From NCBI GenBank assembly GCA_051294375.1, contig JBJCIZ010000490.1, positions 1 to 21,712 of the forward strand: a stretch of 21,712 bases of DNA, in the 5' to 3' direction. Within the stretch, counting starts at the first letter, position 1. Every line of letters starts with the position of its first letter. Under the pieces are notes generated by a model. It saw only the letters and a list, made by a program, of their open reading frames with translations. It ran no database searches and was not told the origin of the DNA. Positions 10,493 to 21,465 of the stretch are shown piece after piece. Origin of the DNA: Paraspadella gotoi (Eukaryota; Animalia; Chaetognatha). The position numbers were made by a program, and so were the translations under genes.

Positions 10493-12565
10493 GTGAGTAA
10501 TATGTTCGGGTGAAGTGCGCAACCTCATTATTTTCGGCGGGATGTGAAAACGAGATAAAGCTTCGTTTGGGAAACGTGTGAATTTATGTCGGATTCGATT
10601 TGATTTCGATTTCCCTGTGTCTGTGACTGCTGTGACATGAAGGAGCCGTCCATGTTTGTGTGAAAATGAAGAATGAGTAATTTAATTTTCTCCAGAGCAG
10701 CACTTATCAATCGTATCACTTTATCAACTCTTTTAAATCAATCGTAGCTTCTGCAAATTTATTCTCGAATAAAGAAGCCAGATGAAACTTAAACGCGAAC
10801 GTAAACAAACCAATTGTTTTTGGGATTCACCTTCGGAAGGAAAGACTGACGCAACCCGGCTCTTTTCCTCGCTCGTCTCGTTCTTTTCTTGTTTTGTCCC
10901 CTGTTACTGGCTCTCCGTTTCTCATCGGCCTTCCTCACCCCTTCCTCCCGTCCCTTCCTCCGCCCTCCGCCATCCCCTCCTCTCAAAAGACAACCGATTG
11001 GTATTCGTCTTCCAAGCATCTCTTCTTTTCTTCTTCTTCCTCTTCTCTTCTTATTCTTTCTTTCTCGAAGTTGTAATCCTTTCGCGCTCGTCACCTTCCT
11101 CAGGGTCAGCTCACTTTGGTCCCTCCGCTGTCATTGTCGTCGTCGTCGTCGTCCGTCGTCGTCGTCGTTCTGGTTTGGACGCCGGCTGTTTAGGTCTCGA
11201 ATCTCAGTTAGTTCTTCGCTTCGCAAAGCTTTCACTGTATCTGTAGATCAATCTCTGTCTAAGTGAGGATAAATTTGGGCGGAAGGGGGGCGAGATAGAG
11301 GGTGGGAGGGAGGTGTTAGAGGTGGTTAAGTGGAGGATTTTAGTAGGTAATGGAGATGGAAATTTGATAAGGAAAAGGTATCTTTACTGAAGTCGATTTG
11401 GTCGTGTGTAGAGAGAGACGGAAATGTGAAGTTAATTGCTCTTATTGCTAACTAATTGTGAATTGAGATTCAAGATGTTTTTTTTAAAAAAACTTTAGTT
11501 TTTTTGTTATCGGGGAGGAAACATTTTACTGTATATCAAAACGTATTCATTTTCTATGCTGTCTATATTTTCTGTTATGTTTTTCTAGAATTTTGTTCTG
11601 CTTGAATCGTTTTAAGTTTTCTGTTCTGTTATTTTTTTTAAATCAAGAATCGGCAAATATTTTAGTTTCTCTTCCCAGCCAAAAAAAACTCGTCTGATCT
11701 TCCCCTTTTCGTGTTCTTCACTTCTTAAAACCTGAATATGACAATTGCACGTAATTAGAGTGTTTTTTTTTCTTTCTTTATTCTCCTCCTTTGAAAAAAA
11801 GAAGTAACAACCCATCCTCGTTTGACGTTTATTCACTTCCCACACTGCCCACCCCCTTCCCCGTTCAACCCACCGCCCCATCTTCTCATGCCATTCGCCC
11901 CCAAAAGAAATAAATATGCTTTATCGACTACATGCAGCGATGTATTTTCTATTCCTCTTTTCTTTCTTTTTTTCAACCTTTCCACGCCTTTTTAGTTGCG
12001 CCGCGAGTACTCGCGAGTACTTTTCGTCTGTCGGTCTGTAGGTCGGATATCCTGTTATTGGTGTGTCCACTTACGTTTAAAAACGGCATATAAATTCTGC
12101 CATGAGTTTATATGCTCATAGATTGGTCAAACAGGAAAAAACCGCAAATCTAAAGTGACTGCTAGCGTCGCTTCGGAAATCCTAAAACTTTAAAGAATAA
12201 AAGAGCAAGATTCCGATACAATGCGAGTCACAAATATACGGTGAAAAGAAATCATATGCGGCCGCAACACATTTGAATTCCGTCTCTTGCTTTGTTTTCG
12301 TTTCTTTCTTTCTTTCTATCTTTTCTTGGTCTTTCCTTTCTTTCTCTTTCTTGTCCTTTCTCTTCTTTTCTTTCTTTCTTTCTTTATTTCTTTCTCCCAA
12401 TGTGAAAACAAAAAGAAAGAAACCGTATTACCGATCCTTGTTATTTACTCTTTCTCTTTTCTACGTAGGCCGGGACCTTGAATTTTTTTTTCCCAGCTCG
12501 TGGTAGAAAAAAAAGAGTTGAAGAGAGAGATTTTTGATGAGAAGACTACAACAGAGAGAGAGAGA

Positions 12566-12600
<35 letters not shown>

Positions 12601-12896
12601 TGAATCGGGGTCTAAAATTCATTCATATGCCAAATTAGTTTTCAACATAAGGGGCGGCACTCCACGGAGCTCCTTTTTCTTCTCTTGTTTCTCCTCTCTT
12701 CCGAATCTTTCAACTTTTCTCTCTCTGTTCCTGGTTTCTGTTTCTCTTCATGTTTTTTTATTTCTTGTTTCTTAATGTTTTTTTCTAATTTGTATAGCTT
12801 TAATTTTTTTAAGCACTTTAACTATCCAATCTTTACATTAATGATTTTATCTTTATAATTCATTTTATATTCAGTTCCCACTTTCCATAATTCGAA

Positions 12897-12899
<3 letters not shown>
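10226..12899 (+). repeat. Outer inverted repeat, left arm (mirror of 19143-21712)
   Basis: CGACGTCATTTCACGCGGACGTGACTCG at 10226 is the reverse complement of the window's last bases. CTTTCCATAATTCGAACAA ending at 12899 is the reverse complement of the sequence starting at 19143. The arms are collinear throughout. Confidence 0.97.
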
Positions 12900-12900
<1 letters not shown>

Positions 12901-12954
<54 letters not shown>

Positions 12955-12972
12955 AGAGGAGACAGAGAGAGA
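12901..12972 (+). repeat. Imperfect (GA)n microsatellite
   Basis: GA run starting exactly where the mirrored match ends. Confidence 0.95.
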
Positions 12973-13126
12973 GCTTATTCCAAATGGTGGAAAAAATCCC
13001 CCCCAACAAAAACAAAAGGCCTTAAGACCTAAATCGTAATCCGCCCGTCGGACACACTCATGGTGTCATGGTGGCGAAAGATGCACGGTGTAATCTCGAA
13101 AATCCTTTTCATTTAAGAAGACGTAG

Positions 13127-13194
<68 letters not shown>

Positions 13195-13498
13195 CGTGAG
13201 ACCCGGCGAGAAGAAGGGATGGGAGTCGGATTAAATGACAGAGAGAGAGAGAGAGAGTGGGCGAGGAAAGAGAGACAAGAATCAGAGAGAGATGAACAAA
13301 GAGAGAGACAGAGAGCAAGAGAAATAGAAGAGAAAATGAAACGCGCGACTCAGTTACGGGCTGAAACATAGATGCCATTGCGTCCACTGCGGCCCTAAAA
13401 ATTCTTCATAACCATTTTTTTTTTATTCCCCGAGTTAAATTCTCAATTCGTGGCAAAGTTCGATGCGATAGCACAAATTGCACATGTGAAGTAGAAAG

Positions 13499-13499
<1 letters not shown>

Positions 13500-13563
<64 letters not shown>

Positions 13564-13599
13564 GAGAGAGAGAATGAGAGAGAGAAGAGAGAAAGAGAG

Positions 13600-13631
<32 letters not shown>

Positions 13632-13650
13632 AGGAGAGAAGAGAGAGAGA
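13500..13650 (+). repeat. Imperfect (GA)n microsatellite
   Basis: ~150-bp GA-rich run. Confidence 0.95.
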
Positions 13651-14485
13651 TAAATGAGCTGTTATTCCCCGATTTATATTATTACCATTCTCTCTCTCTC
13701 TCACTGTCTATCTCTATCTCTCTCCGTCCTCTCTTGCACATCTTTTCCTTCCATTGAAACGCGAGTCTGAATGTTTATCCGTTTCCTTTTGTTGTTGTAG
13801 TTCCTTTTCGCCAATTTTTTCTTTTTTTATCAAAGCCATAGACCGGCGCGGCGAAAGCCGGTTCAGGCTTGATATTGATTCGGGGTGAGCTCTTTGTGAC
13901 GTCGTCGTCGTCGTCGTCGGCCGTCACGCTGTTTTTTTACTATAAAAAAGTACTACGCTTTATAGGTTTGTGGCTGTGACTTACCGTTTTTTTAAAATAA
14001 TTATTCATAAATTATGAATAAAGAGTTTTACAAAGTGTGCAATCATAGTAAGTTAAAATTTAGATGTATGCTTCTCAAATTTGAAAATAGCTGTTGTGAT
14101 ATTTTCTCATTACATTTGGATTTAAGTAATTTTGTTTTGAATTTCCATTCATTATGATTTACTGCAATATGCAAATAGAATTATAGTACTGATTATAATA
14201 TCCTAAATTTAGTATATAGAATGCTTTAAAGCTATATTTACAATATTGCAGTATATAATATTGAGAATGAAATTCAAAAAAAATTTTTTTAAAATTTCTA
14301 ATAAAAATGGGAACTCAAGGATTTTTAATGAGAAGCTATTATCTTAATTTAATGACAATAAATATAAAAATCTTTTACAAGCTGCGATTGAAAAAAATTT
14401 TGGAAAAAGTTTTCCCAATTGTAAAACCATTGTAACATTTTTTGCCTTCTTTTATTTATTTTTTAATTATATATATTTGTTTTTA

Positions 14486-16630
14486 GGCGCTGCTTTCCTG
14501 AATCGTTTAAAAACGAGTTCAGTTTCTCTCTGTTCTCTTTGTGTGGCGATCCTCTTGCGTGATAGGTTCGTTTTGAAAAATTCTGATACTTTATGTTTCT
14601 TTCTAACAAAACATATAATTGTGATCAGGGCGCGCCTTTTCTGAATCGTTTAAAAAAAACGAGTTCAGGCTCTCTCTCCTCTCTCCATTCCCCTCCGTCT
14701 CCTCCGTCTGCTCTCTCTCTCTCGTCCTCTTATCTCATCTCATCTCTCTCTCTCTCTCTCTTTTTTTCAAAAAAAAAAATTAGTTCACTTTGTTTACCAC
14801 CGTTTTTGAAAATTCTTATTAATTTCTTTCCCTTCTAAAACTTTTATTATCGCACATTTATATTCCGCGCCTTCTTTGCTCAATACAAAATCCCAAATTT
14901 ACATCTGAGATTTTCGTGGATTTTTTTGAGAAAATGTGAAGAATGAACTTACTTGACCCTGGATTTCGAGGCCGTTGCGGGGCAACGAGTAAACAATGTC
15001 GAGGAACATGACCTAATAACGCGTTTGATGGCAACGGAAACGTTACGTGTATAAAAAAAAATCAACTTGACCGAGATCACGCCGATTAAACAAGATGAAC
15101 CTAATATTGGCGTAATCGTTGGCGGAAAACCTTTCCTCTCTCTCTCATCTCTCTCTCTCTCATTCTCTTCCTCTCTCTCTCTCTCTCTCTTTCTTTCGTC
15201 TCCGCTCTCTTCTCTCCCTCTCCTTTCGTCTCTTTCTCTTCTTCTCGTCCCTCTGTCTCGTCCCCATTCGTCCTCCATCCATCTTTTCTCTCTCTCTCCT
15301 CTTTTTTTTTTACAAAAAAAATTTAAACTTGTAAACGAGTAAACGAGTTCCGCTCTCTCTCTCCCTCGATGTCTCGATCTCTTGCTCTCTCTCTCAGTCT
15401 CCATCTCTCTCATCTCTCTATCTTCTCTCTTGCTATCGTGTCCTCTCTCTCTTTCTCTCTTCTATCTCTTTTTTTTGTGCAAAAATAATTTTTGTCACCT
15501 TTTTTTCACACTCGTCAACAGTGTCCGGCTCTCTCTATGCTCTCTCTCTCTCTTTTTTTTTTTTACGAAAAAAAAATTTTTTAGTCACTTTTTTTTTCAC
15601 CAGTGCGAACGAGTAACGAGTTAAACAGTTCCGGCTCTTTCAGACTTTTTCTCTCTCTCTCTCTCTCTCTCGTCTCTCTCTCATCCGTCTCTCTCGTCGC
15701 TCTCTCAATTGTACGATCGTTCGTTTGTTTTGAAAATTCGTTATTTATTTTTTCCTTCTAAAAACTTTTATTATCGCCATTTATTTTTTTTTCTCTTATA
15801 CAAAATACCAAAATTTACCATTCCGAGAGTTTTCATGGATTTCATTTTTAATGAAAAAAATGCAGGCACTGGTCACATGTACATCAGCTTGCTGCTGTAC
15901 AATAGCTCTATAGTGTCCGGGCAGATTGCGCTGGGGATTAATTTAGATTTGACATAGTATATGAGTACTTTCGTAACAAAAAAAATTTTTTTGTTTTGTA
16001 TTGATTAACTGTAGACTTTGGGACCGCGGGTCGGCACACTAATTGGCAAATTAATATTCTAAAATAGGAGTTGAGAAGAGAAGATGATTGTCAAATTAAA
16101 CATTTTACTTTTTTTGTGTATTCTAACAATTGTTTTAAATTTTAAAATTGTAATATTTTGTTTTAGTGTATATATTTAATTCTATTTTTTATCTTTTTTA
16201 AAAATAATGATTGAGTGTGGGATTAAAATATTATAAATTAGTTAAATATGCAAATATGAAATTGACCTCGGGTCTGGTTTCTTCTATAAAAAAAAAAGAA
16301 AACAATCTAAAATATCAATTCAAGATTAAAAACTTTTTTTAGATGAGGACTAAAATTTTTTTAATAAAGTAAAAAATATTAGAAAGAAAAGAGTTTTCGT
16401 CCCTATCGTCATGATACGTCGAAAAACGAGTTCAGCGCTGCAGGGCGGTCCATGCTTCTCCTCTAACTATATCTCTCTCTCTTCTCTCTCTCTCCTCTCT
16501 CTCTCGCTTTTTTTTTCTTTCTATTTAATTCCGACATTTATTTCCGCGGCATTTTTTCTTCAAATACAAACCCAATTTAGCAATTCCGAGATTTCGTGAA
16601 TTTTTTTTTTCATAAAAAAATTTTGAATTA
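14486..16630 (+). repeat. Degenerate modular direct repeats (AAACGAGTTC motif + CT tract + AT-rich module)
   Basis: AAACGAGTTC at 14511, 14657, 15341 and 16424. CTGAATCGTTTAAAAA at 14498 and 14641. A related ~130-bp module occurs at ~14801-14940 and ~15723-15860, and partially at ~16530-16627. Confidence 0.8.
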
Positions 16631-16775
16631 TTCGTTTTATATAAAATGGAGAGTGAAACACTGACCAGGCTCTCTCTCACATCTTTTCGTCTCTCTCTCT
16701 CGTCTCTCATCTCTCTCTCTCTCGTCGTCTCTCTCTCGTCAGCTCTCTCTCTCTCTCTCTGCTCTCTTTCATCAT

Positions 16776-17228
16776 ACACGCATTTGTTTGGTTTTATTTA
16801 CGATGAATGACTCATGCGGGCGGTCAATGAATGACTATCATCGCAATCAATGAATGAATTATCATCATATCAATGAAATGATTATCATACATCAATGAAT
16901 GATATCACGCATCAATCATTGATTACATCACATCAGTTATTTTATATCTTCGCATAATCAAATTATTGTATCATGGCAATCAATATTTAGTTATCATCGG
17001 CATTACAATATTTGGTTACCATCGAAAGCTGGCTCGATCCCCGATTGCTTTAGAGATTTTTTTCCCGTAAATGTCTGATTGCGTTCGTTGGCGGGAAAAT
17101 GTACCACCTCTCTCCTCTCGTCCTCTCTTCTCTCTGCTCTCTCTCTTTCAACTCATGACACGCATTTGTTTGGTTTTATTTACGAAATGAATGAATACTA
17201 TCATCGCATCAATGAATGACTGATCATG
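16776..17228 (+). repeat. Degenerate ~22-bp minisatellite (approx. ATCAATGAATGAYTATCATCGC) within a 382-bp-offset direct duplication
   Basis: Units run ~16803-17020 and again 17186-17228. An identical 28-mer, ACACGCATTTGTTTGGTTTTATTTACGA, is at 16776-16803 and 17158-17185. Confidence 0.85.
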
Positions 17229-17230
17229 CA

Positions 17231-18278
17231 ATGGCTTGATTCTTATGGCGTTAAAGATTTTTTATTTATTTATTTTCCCGCTTCTCGACGGCAATTAATT
17301 TTTTTCGCAATCAAAAATAGAAACTTGTATTAATTCTTAGCGGCCTGAACGCGCAGTATATTGCATCGATAACGGAACATGAGTCGATGTCTGCAAAAAT
17401 CCAAGTCTCTTCACATTTCTTGTCACATCGCTGCTTTCTCTTTCCCTCCCTTCCTTCGCCCGCCTACGTCCTCTCTCTCTCCCCAGTGCCATCCAACGAG
17501 GCCCGCGGAACCAGCGTAAAGCGAGAATTTACGGTGCGACGAGGCTTTAAAAATGCAACAAGGATCTCCATTTACGTTTTATATTATTTTTCTTCTTCTC
17601 TTTCTCTTCCCCTGTCGCTTTCCTTTCGAGAGTTTTTAGTAAGCCCGCACGTGGCGTGATCCTTTCTCTTCTGGGGCTTGATTGCTCAGAGTCGGCTGTC
17701 GTGATTCAAAGGTTCGCCATTTGGAATTTCTGGCCTCTTTCCTCATCGTCTCTCTCATCTCTCCCGTCTGCTCATCTCTCTCTCTCCTCTCTCTCTCTCT
17801 CAATCCTTTCCTCCTTCTCTCTCTCTTCTCTCTCTAAAATAAAAAGGAGCCAGAAATTCCAAATGGAATTTGGGCGTGCGGGCTTTCTAAAAACCTCTCG
17901 AAAGGAAAGCGAAGGGGAAGAGAAAGAGAGAAAGAAATAATATAATAACGTAATGGAGATCCTTTTGCATTTGTAAGCCTCGTCGCCGTAAATTCTCGCT
18001 TTACGCTGGTTCCGGGGCCTCGTTGGATGGCACTGGGGAGAGAGAGAGGACGTGGCGGGCGAGGGAAAGGGAGGGAAAGACGAAAGCAGGATGTGAGAAA
18101 TGGAGAGACTTGGATTTTGCAGACATCGACTCATGTCACGTTATCGATGATATATGCGCGTTCAGGGCCGCTAAGAATTAAAACAAGTTTCTATTTTTGA
18201 TTGCGAAAAAAAATAATTGCGTGAGAAGCGGAAAATAAATAAATAAAAAAAATCTTAAAAGCATAAGGATCAAGCCAT
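17231..18278. repeat. Inner inverted repeat (17231-17740 / 17843-18278) with a ~100-bp non-palindromic CT spacer
   Basis: ATGGCTTGAT (17231) pairs with ATCAAGCCAT (ending 18278). CCATTTGGAATTTCTGGC (17717) pairs with GCCAGAAATTCCAAATGG (ending 17866). The arms are collinear in between. Confidence 0.97.
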
Positions 18279-18280
18279 GA

Positions 18281-19142
18281 NNNNNNNNNNNNNNNNNNNN
18301 NNNNNNNNNNNNNNNNNNNNNNNNNNNNNNNNNNNNNNNNNNNNNNNNNNNNNNNNNNNNNNNNNNNNNNNNNNNNNNNNNNNNNNNNNNNNNNNNNNNN
18401 NNNNNNNNNNNNNNNNNNNNNNNNNNNNNNNNNNNNNNNNNNNNNNNNNNNNNNNNNNNNNNNNNNNNNNNNNNNNNNNNNNNNNNNNNNNNNNNNNNNN
18501 NNNNNNNNNNNNNNNNNNNNNNNNNNNNNNNNNNNNNNNNNNNNNNNNNNNNNNNNNNNNNNNNNNNNNNNNNNNNNNNNNNNNNNNNNNNNNNNNNNNN
18601 NNNNNNNNNNNNNNNNNNNNNNNNNNNNNNNNNNNNNNNNNNNNNNNNNNNNNNNNNNNNNNNNNNNNNNNNNNNNNNNNNNNNNNNNNNNNNNNNNNNN
18701 NNNNNNNNNNNNNNNNNNNNNNNNNNNNNNNNNNNNNNNNNNNNNNNNNNNNNNNNNNNNNNNNNNNNNNNNNNNNNNNNNNNNNNNNNNNNNNNNNNNN
18801 NNNNNNNNNNNNNNNNNNNNNNNNNNNNNNNNNNNNNNNNNNNNNNNNNNNNNNNNNNNNNNNNNNNNNNNNNNNNNNNNNNNNNNNNNNNNNNNNNNNN
18901 NNNNNNNNNNNNNNNNNNNNNNNNNNNNNNNNNNNNNNNNNNNNNNNNNNNNNNNNNNNNNNNNNNNNNNNNNNNNNNNNNNNNNNNNNNNNNNNNNNNN
19001 NNNNNNNNNNNNNNNNNNNNNNNNNNNNNNNNNNNNNNNNNNNNNNNNNNNNNNNNNNNNNNNNNNNNNNNNNNNNNNNNNNNNNNNNNNNNNNNNNNNN
19101 NNNNNNNNNNNNNNNNNNNNNNNNNNNNNNNNNNNNNNNNNN
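18281..19142. other. Assembly gap (862 N) between the inner and outer right arms
   Basis: Run of N. Confidence 0.99.
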
Positions 19143-19431
19143 TTGTTCGAATTATGGAAAGTGGGAATTGATTATAAAATGAATTATAAAAAGATAAAAT
19201 CATTAAATGTAAGATTGATAGTTAAAAGTGCTTAAAAAACATAAAAGTACAAATTAGAAAAAAACATAAGAAACAAAGAAATAAAAAAAAACAGAGAAAC
19301 AGAAACAAGGAAACAGAGAGAGAAAGTGAAGTTGGGAAGAGAGGGAGAACAAGAAGAGAAAAGGAAGCTCCGTGGAGTGCCGCCCCTTATTTGATAACTA
19401 ATTTGCATATGAATGAATTTTCAGACCCCGA

Positions 19432-19435
<4 letters not shown>

Positions 19436-19481
<46 letters not shown>
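19436..19481 (+). repeat. Perfect (CT)n microsatellite
   Basis: Uninterrupted CT run. The mirror at ~12554-12600 is interrupted. Confidence 0.95.
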
Positions 19482-19485
<4 letters not shown>

Positions 19486-19630
19486 AGTCTTTCCATCAAA
19501 AATCTCTCTCTCAATCTCTTTTTTTTTCTCCACGCGAGGGAAAAAAAATTCAAGGTCCGCCGACGTAGAAAAGAGAAAGAGAAATACAAGGATCGTAAAC
19601 GGTTTTCTTTCTTTTTGTTTTCAATTCGGG

Positions 19631-19701
<71 letters not shown>

Positions 19702-19703
19702 AA
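19631..19703 (+). repeat. Perfect (AAAG)n tetranucleotide microsatellite
   Basis: Uninterrupted AAAG run. The mirror at ~12300-12395 is interrupted. Confidence 0.97.
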
Positions 19704-20750
19704 AAAACAAAACAAGAACGGTATTTCAAATGTGTTGCGCCGCAATGACTTTCTTTTCACGTATATTTGTGACTCGCATTGTATCGGAATCTTGTCTTTT
19801 ATTCTTTAAAGTTTTAGGATTTCCCGAAGGCGACGCTAGCAGTCACTTAGATTTGCGGTTTTTTCCTGTTTTGACAAATGAGCAATCAACTATGGGCGAA
19901 TTATATGCCTTTTTAACGTAAGTAGGACACACCAATAAACAGACATACCGACCTACAGACCGACAGACCGAAAAGTACTCGCGAGTACTCGCGGCGCAAC
20001 TAAAAAGGGTGGAAAGAGAGAAAAAAAAGGAAAGAAANNNNNNNNNNNNNNNNNNNNNNNNNNNNNNNNNNNNNNNNNNNNNNNNNNNNNNNNNNNNNNN
20101 NNNNNNNNNNNNNNNNNNNNNNNNNNNNNNNNNNNNNNNNNNNNNNNNNNNNNNNNNNNNNNNNNNNNNNNNNNNNNNNNNNNNNNNNNNNNNNNNNNNN
20201 NNNNNNNNNNNNNNNNNNNNNNNNNNNNNNNNNNTTTTTTTTCAAAGGAGGAGAATAAAGAAAGAAAAAAAAATCTAATTACGGAATTTCATATTCGGTT
20301 TTAAAAGTGAAGAACCACGAAAAGGGGAAGTAGTACGAGTTTTTTTTGGGGAAAGAGAAACTAAAATATTTGCGATTTTGTTTAAAAAAAATACAAACAA
20401 AAACTTAAAACGATTTAAGCAGACAAATTCTGAGAAAAACAATAACAGAATATAGAAGTAGAAAATGATACGTTGATAATCGTAAATGTTTCTCCTCCGT
20501 ACACAAAAAAACTAAAAGTTTTTTTAAAAAAAATCTTTGAATCTCACATTCACAATAGGAGCAAATTAGAGCAATTAACTTCACATTTCCGTCTTCTTTC
20601 AACACCCGACCAAAATCGACTTCAGATAAAGATCCTTTCTCTTCAAATTTCCATCCATTACCACTAAAATCCTCCACCTTAACCACCTCTAACCACCTCC
20701 CTCCCACCCTCTATCTCGCCCCCCCTTCCGCCCAAATTATCCTCACTTAG

Positions 20751-20836
20751 ACAGAGATTGATCTACAATTTACAGTGAAAGCTTTGGCGAAGCGAAGAAC
20801 TAATGAGATTCGAACCAAAGCCGGCGTCCAAACAGA

Positions 20837-20868
<32 letters not shown>

Positions 20869-20948
20869 AATGACAGCGGATCGGGACAAAGTGAGCTGAC
20901 CCTGAGGAGGACGAGCGGAAAGGGATTAACTTCGAGGAAGAAGAATAA

Positions 20949-20979
<31 letters not shown>

Positions 20980-21078
20980 TTGGAAGACGAATACAATCGG
21001 TGTCTTTTGGGAGGAGGGGATGGGGGGGCGGGAGGAAGGGGGGAGGAAGGGGGGAGGAAAGGGGAGAAAAGGAAGTAA
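20751..21078 (+). CDS. Candidate exon/ORF with poly-Asp and poly-Lys tracts
   Basis: ORF 20803-21078 (KQNDDDDDDDDDDNDSG...RKKNKKKKRKKKKKKLEDE), preceded by a pyrimidine-rich stretch ending CACTTAG at 20750. Largely microsatellite-derived, so the support is weak. Confidence 0.2.
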
Positions 21079-21465
21079 CGGGGACAAAAAAGAAAAGAAG
21101 AGACGAGCGAGGAAAAGAGGGCGTTGCGTCAGTCTTTCTCCGAAGGTGAATCCAAAAACATTGGTTTGTTTACGTTCGGCGTTTAAGTTCATCTGCTTCT
21201 TATTCGAAGAATAAATTGCAGAGCTACGATTGATAAAGAGTTGATAAAGTGATACGATTGATAAAGTGCTGCTCTGGAGAAAATTAAATTACCTTCTTCA
21301 TTTTCACACAAACATGGACGCTCCTCATTCACAGAGTCACAGACACAGGAAATCGAAATCAAATCGAATCGAATAAATTCACAGTTTCCCAAACGAAGCT
21401 TTCTCTCGTTTCACATCCCGCCGAAAATAATAGGTTAGCGCACCGTCACCCGAACATATACTCAC

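Noticed and set aside
16803-17020. Possible CRISPR array
   Set aside because: The units are directly adjacent and degenerate with no unique spacers, no cas genes are present, and the context is eukaryotic.
17672-17722. tRNA/SINE-like motifs (TTGCTCAGAGTCGG ... GGTTCG) in the one-arm insert
   Set aside because: The A and B boxes are imperfect and too close together, and I could not build a cloverleaf.
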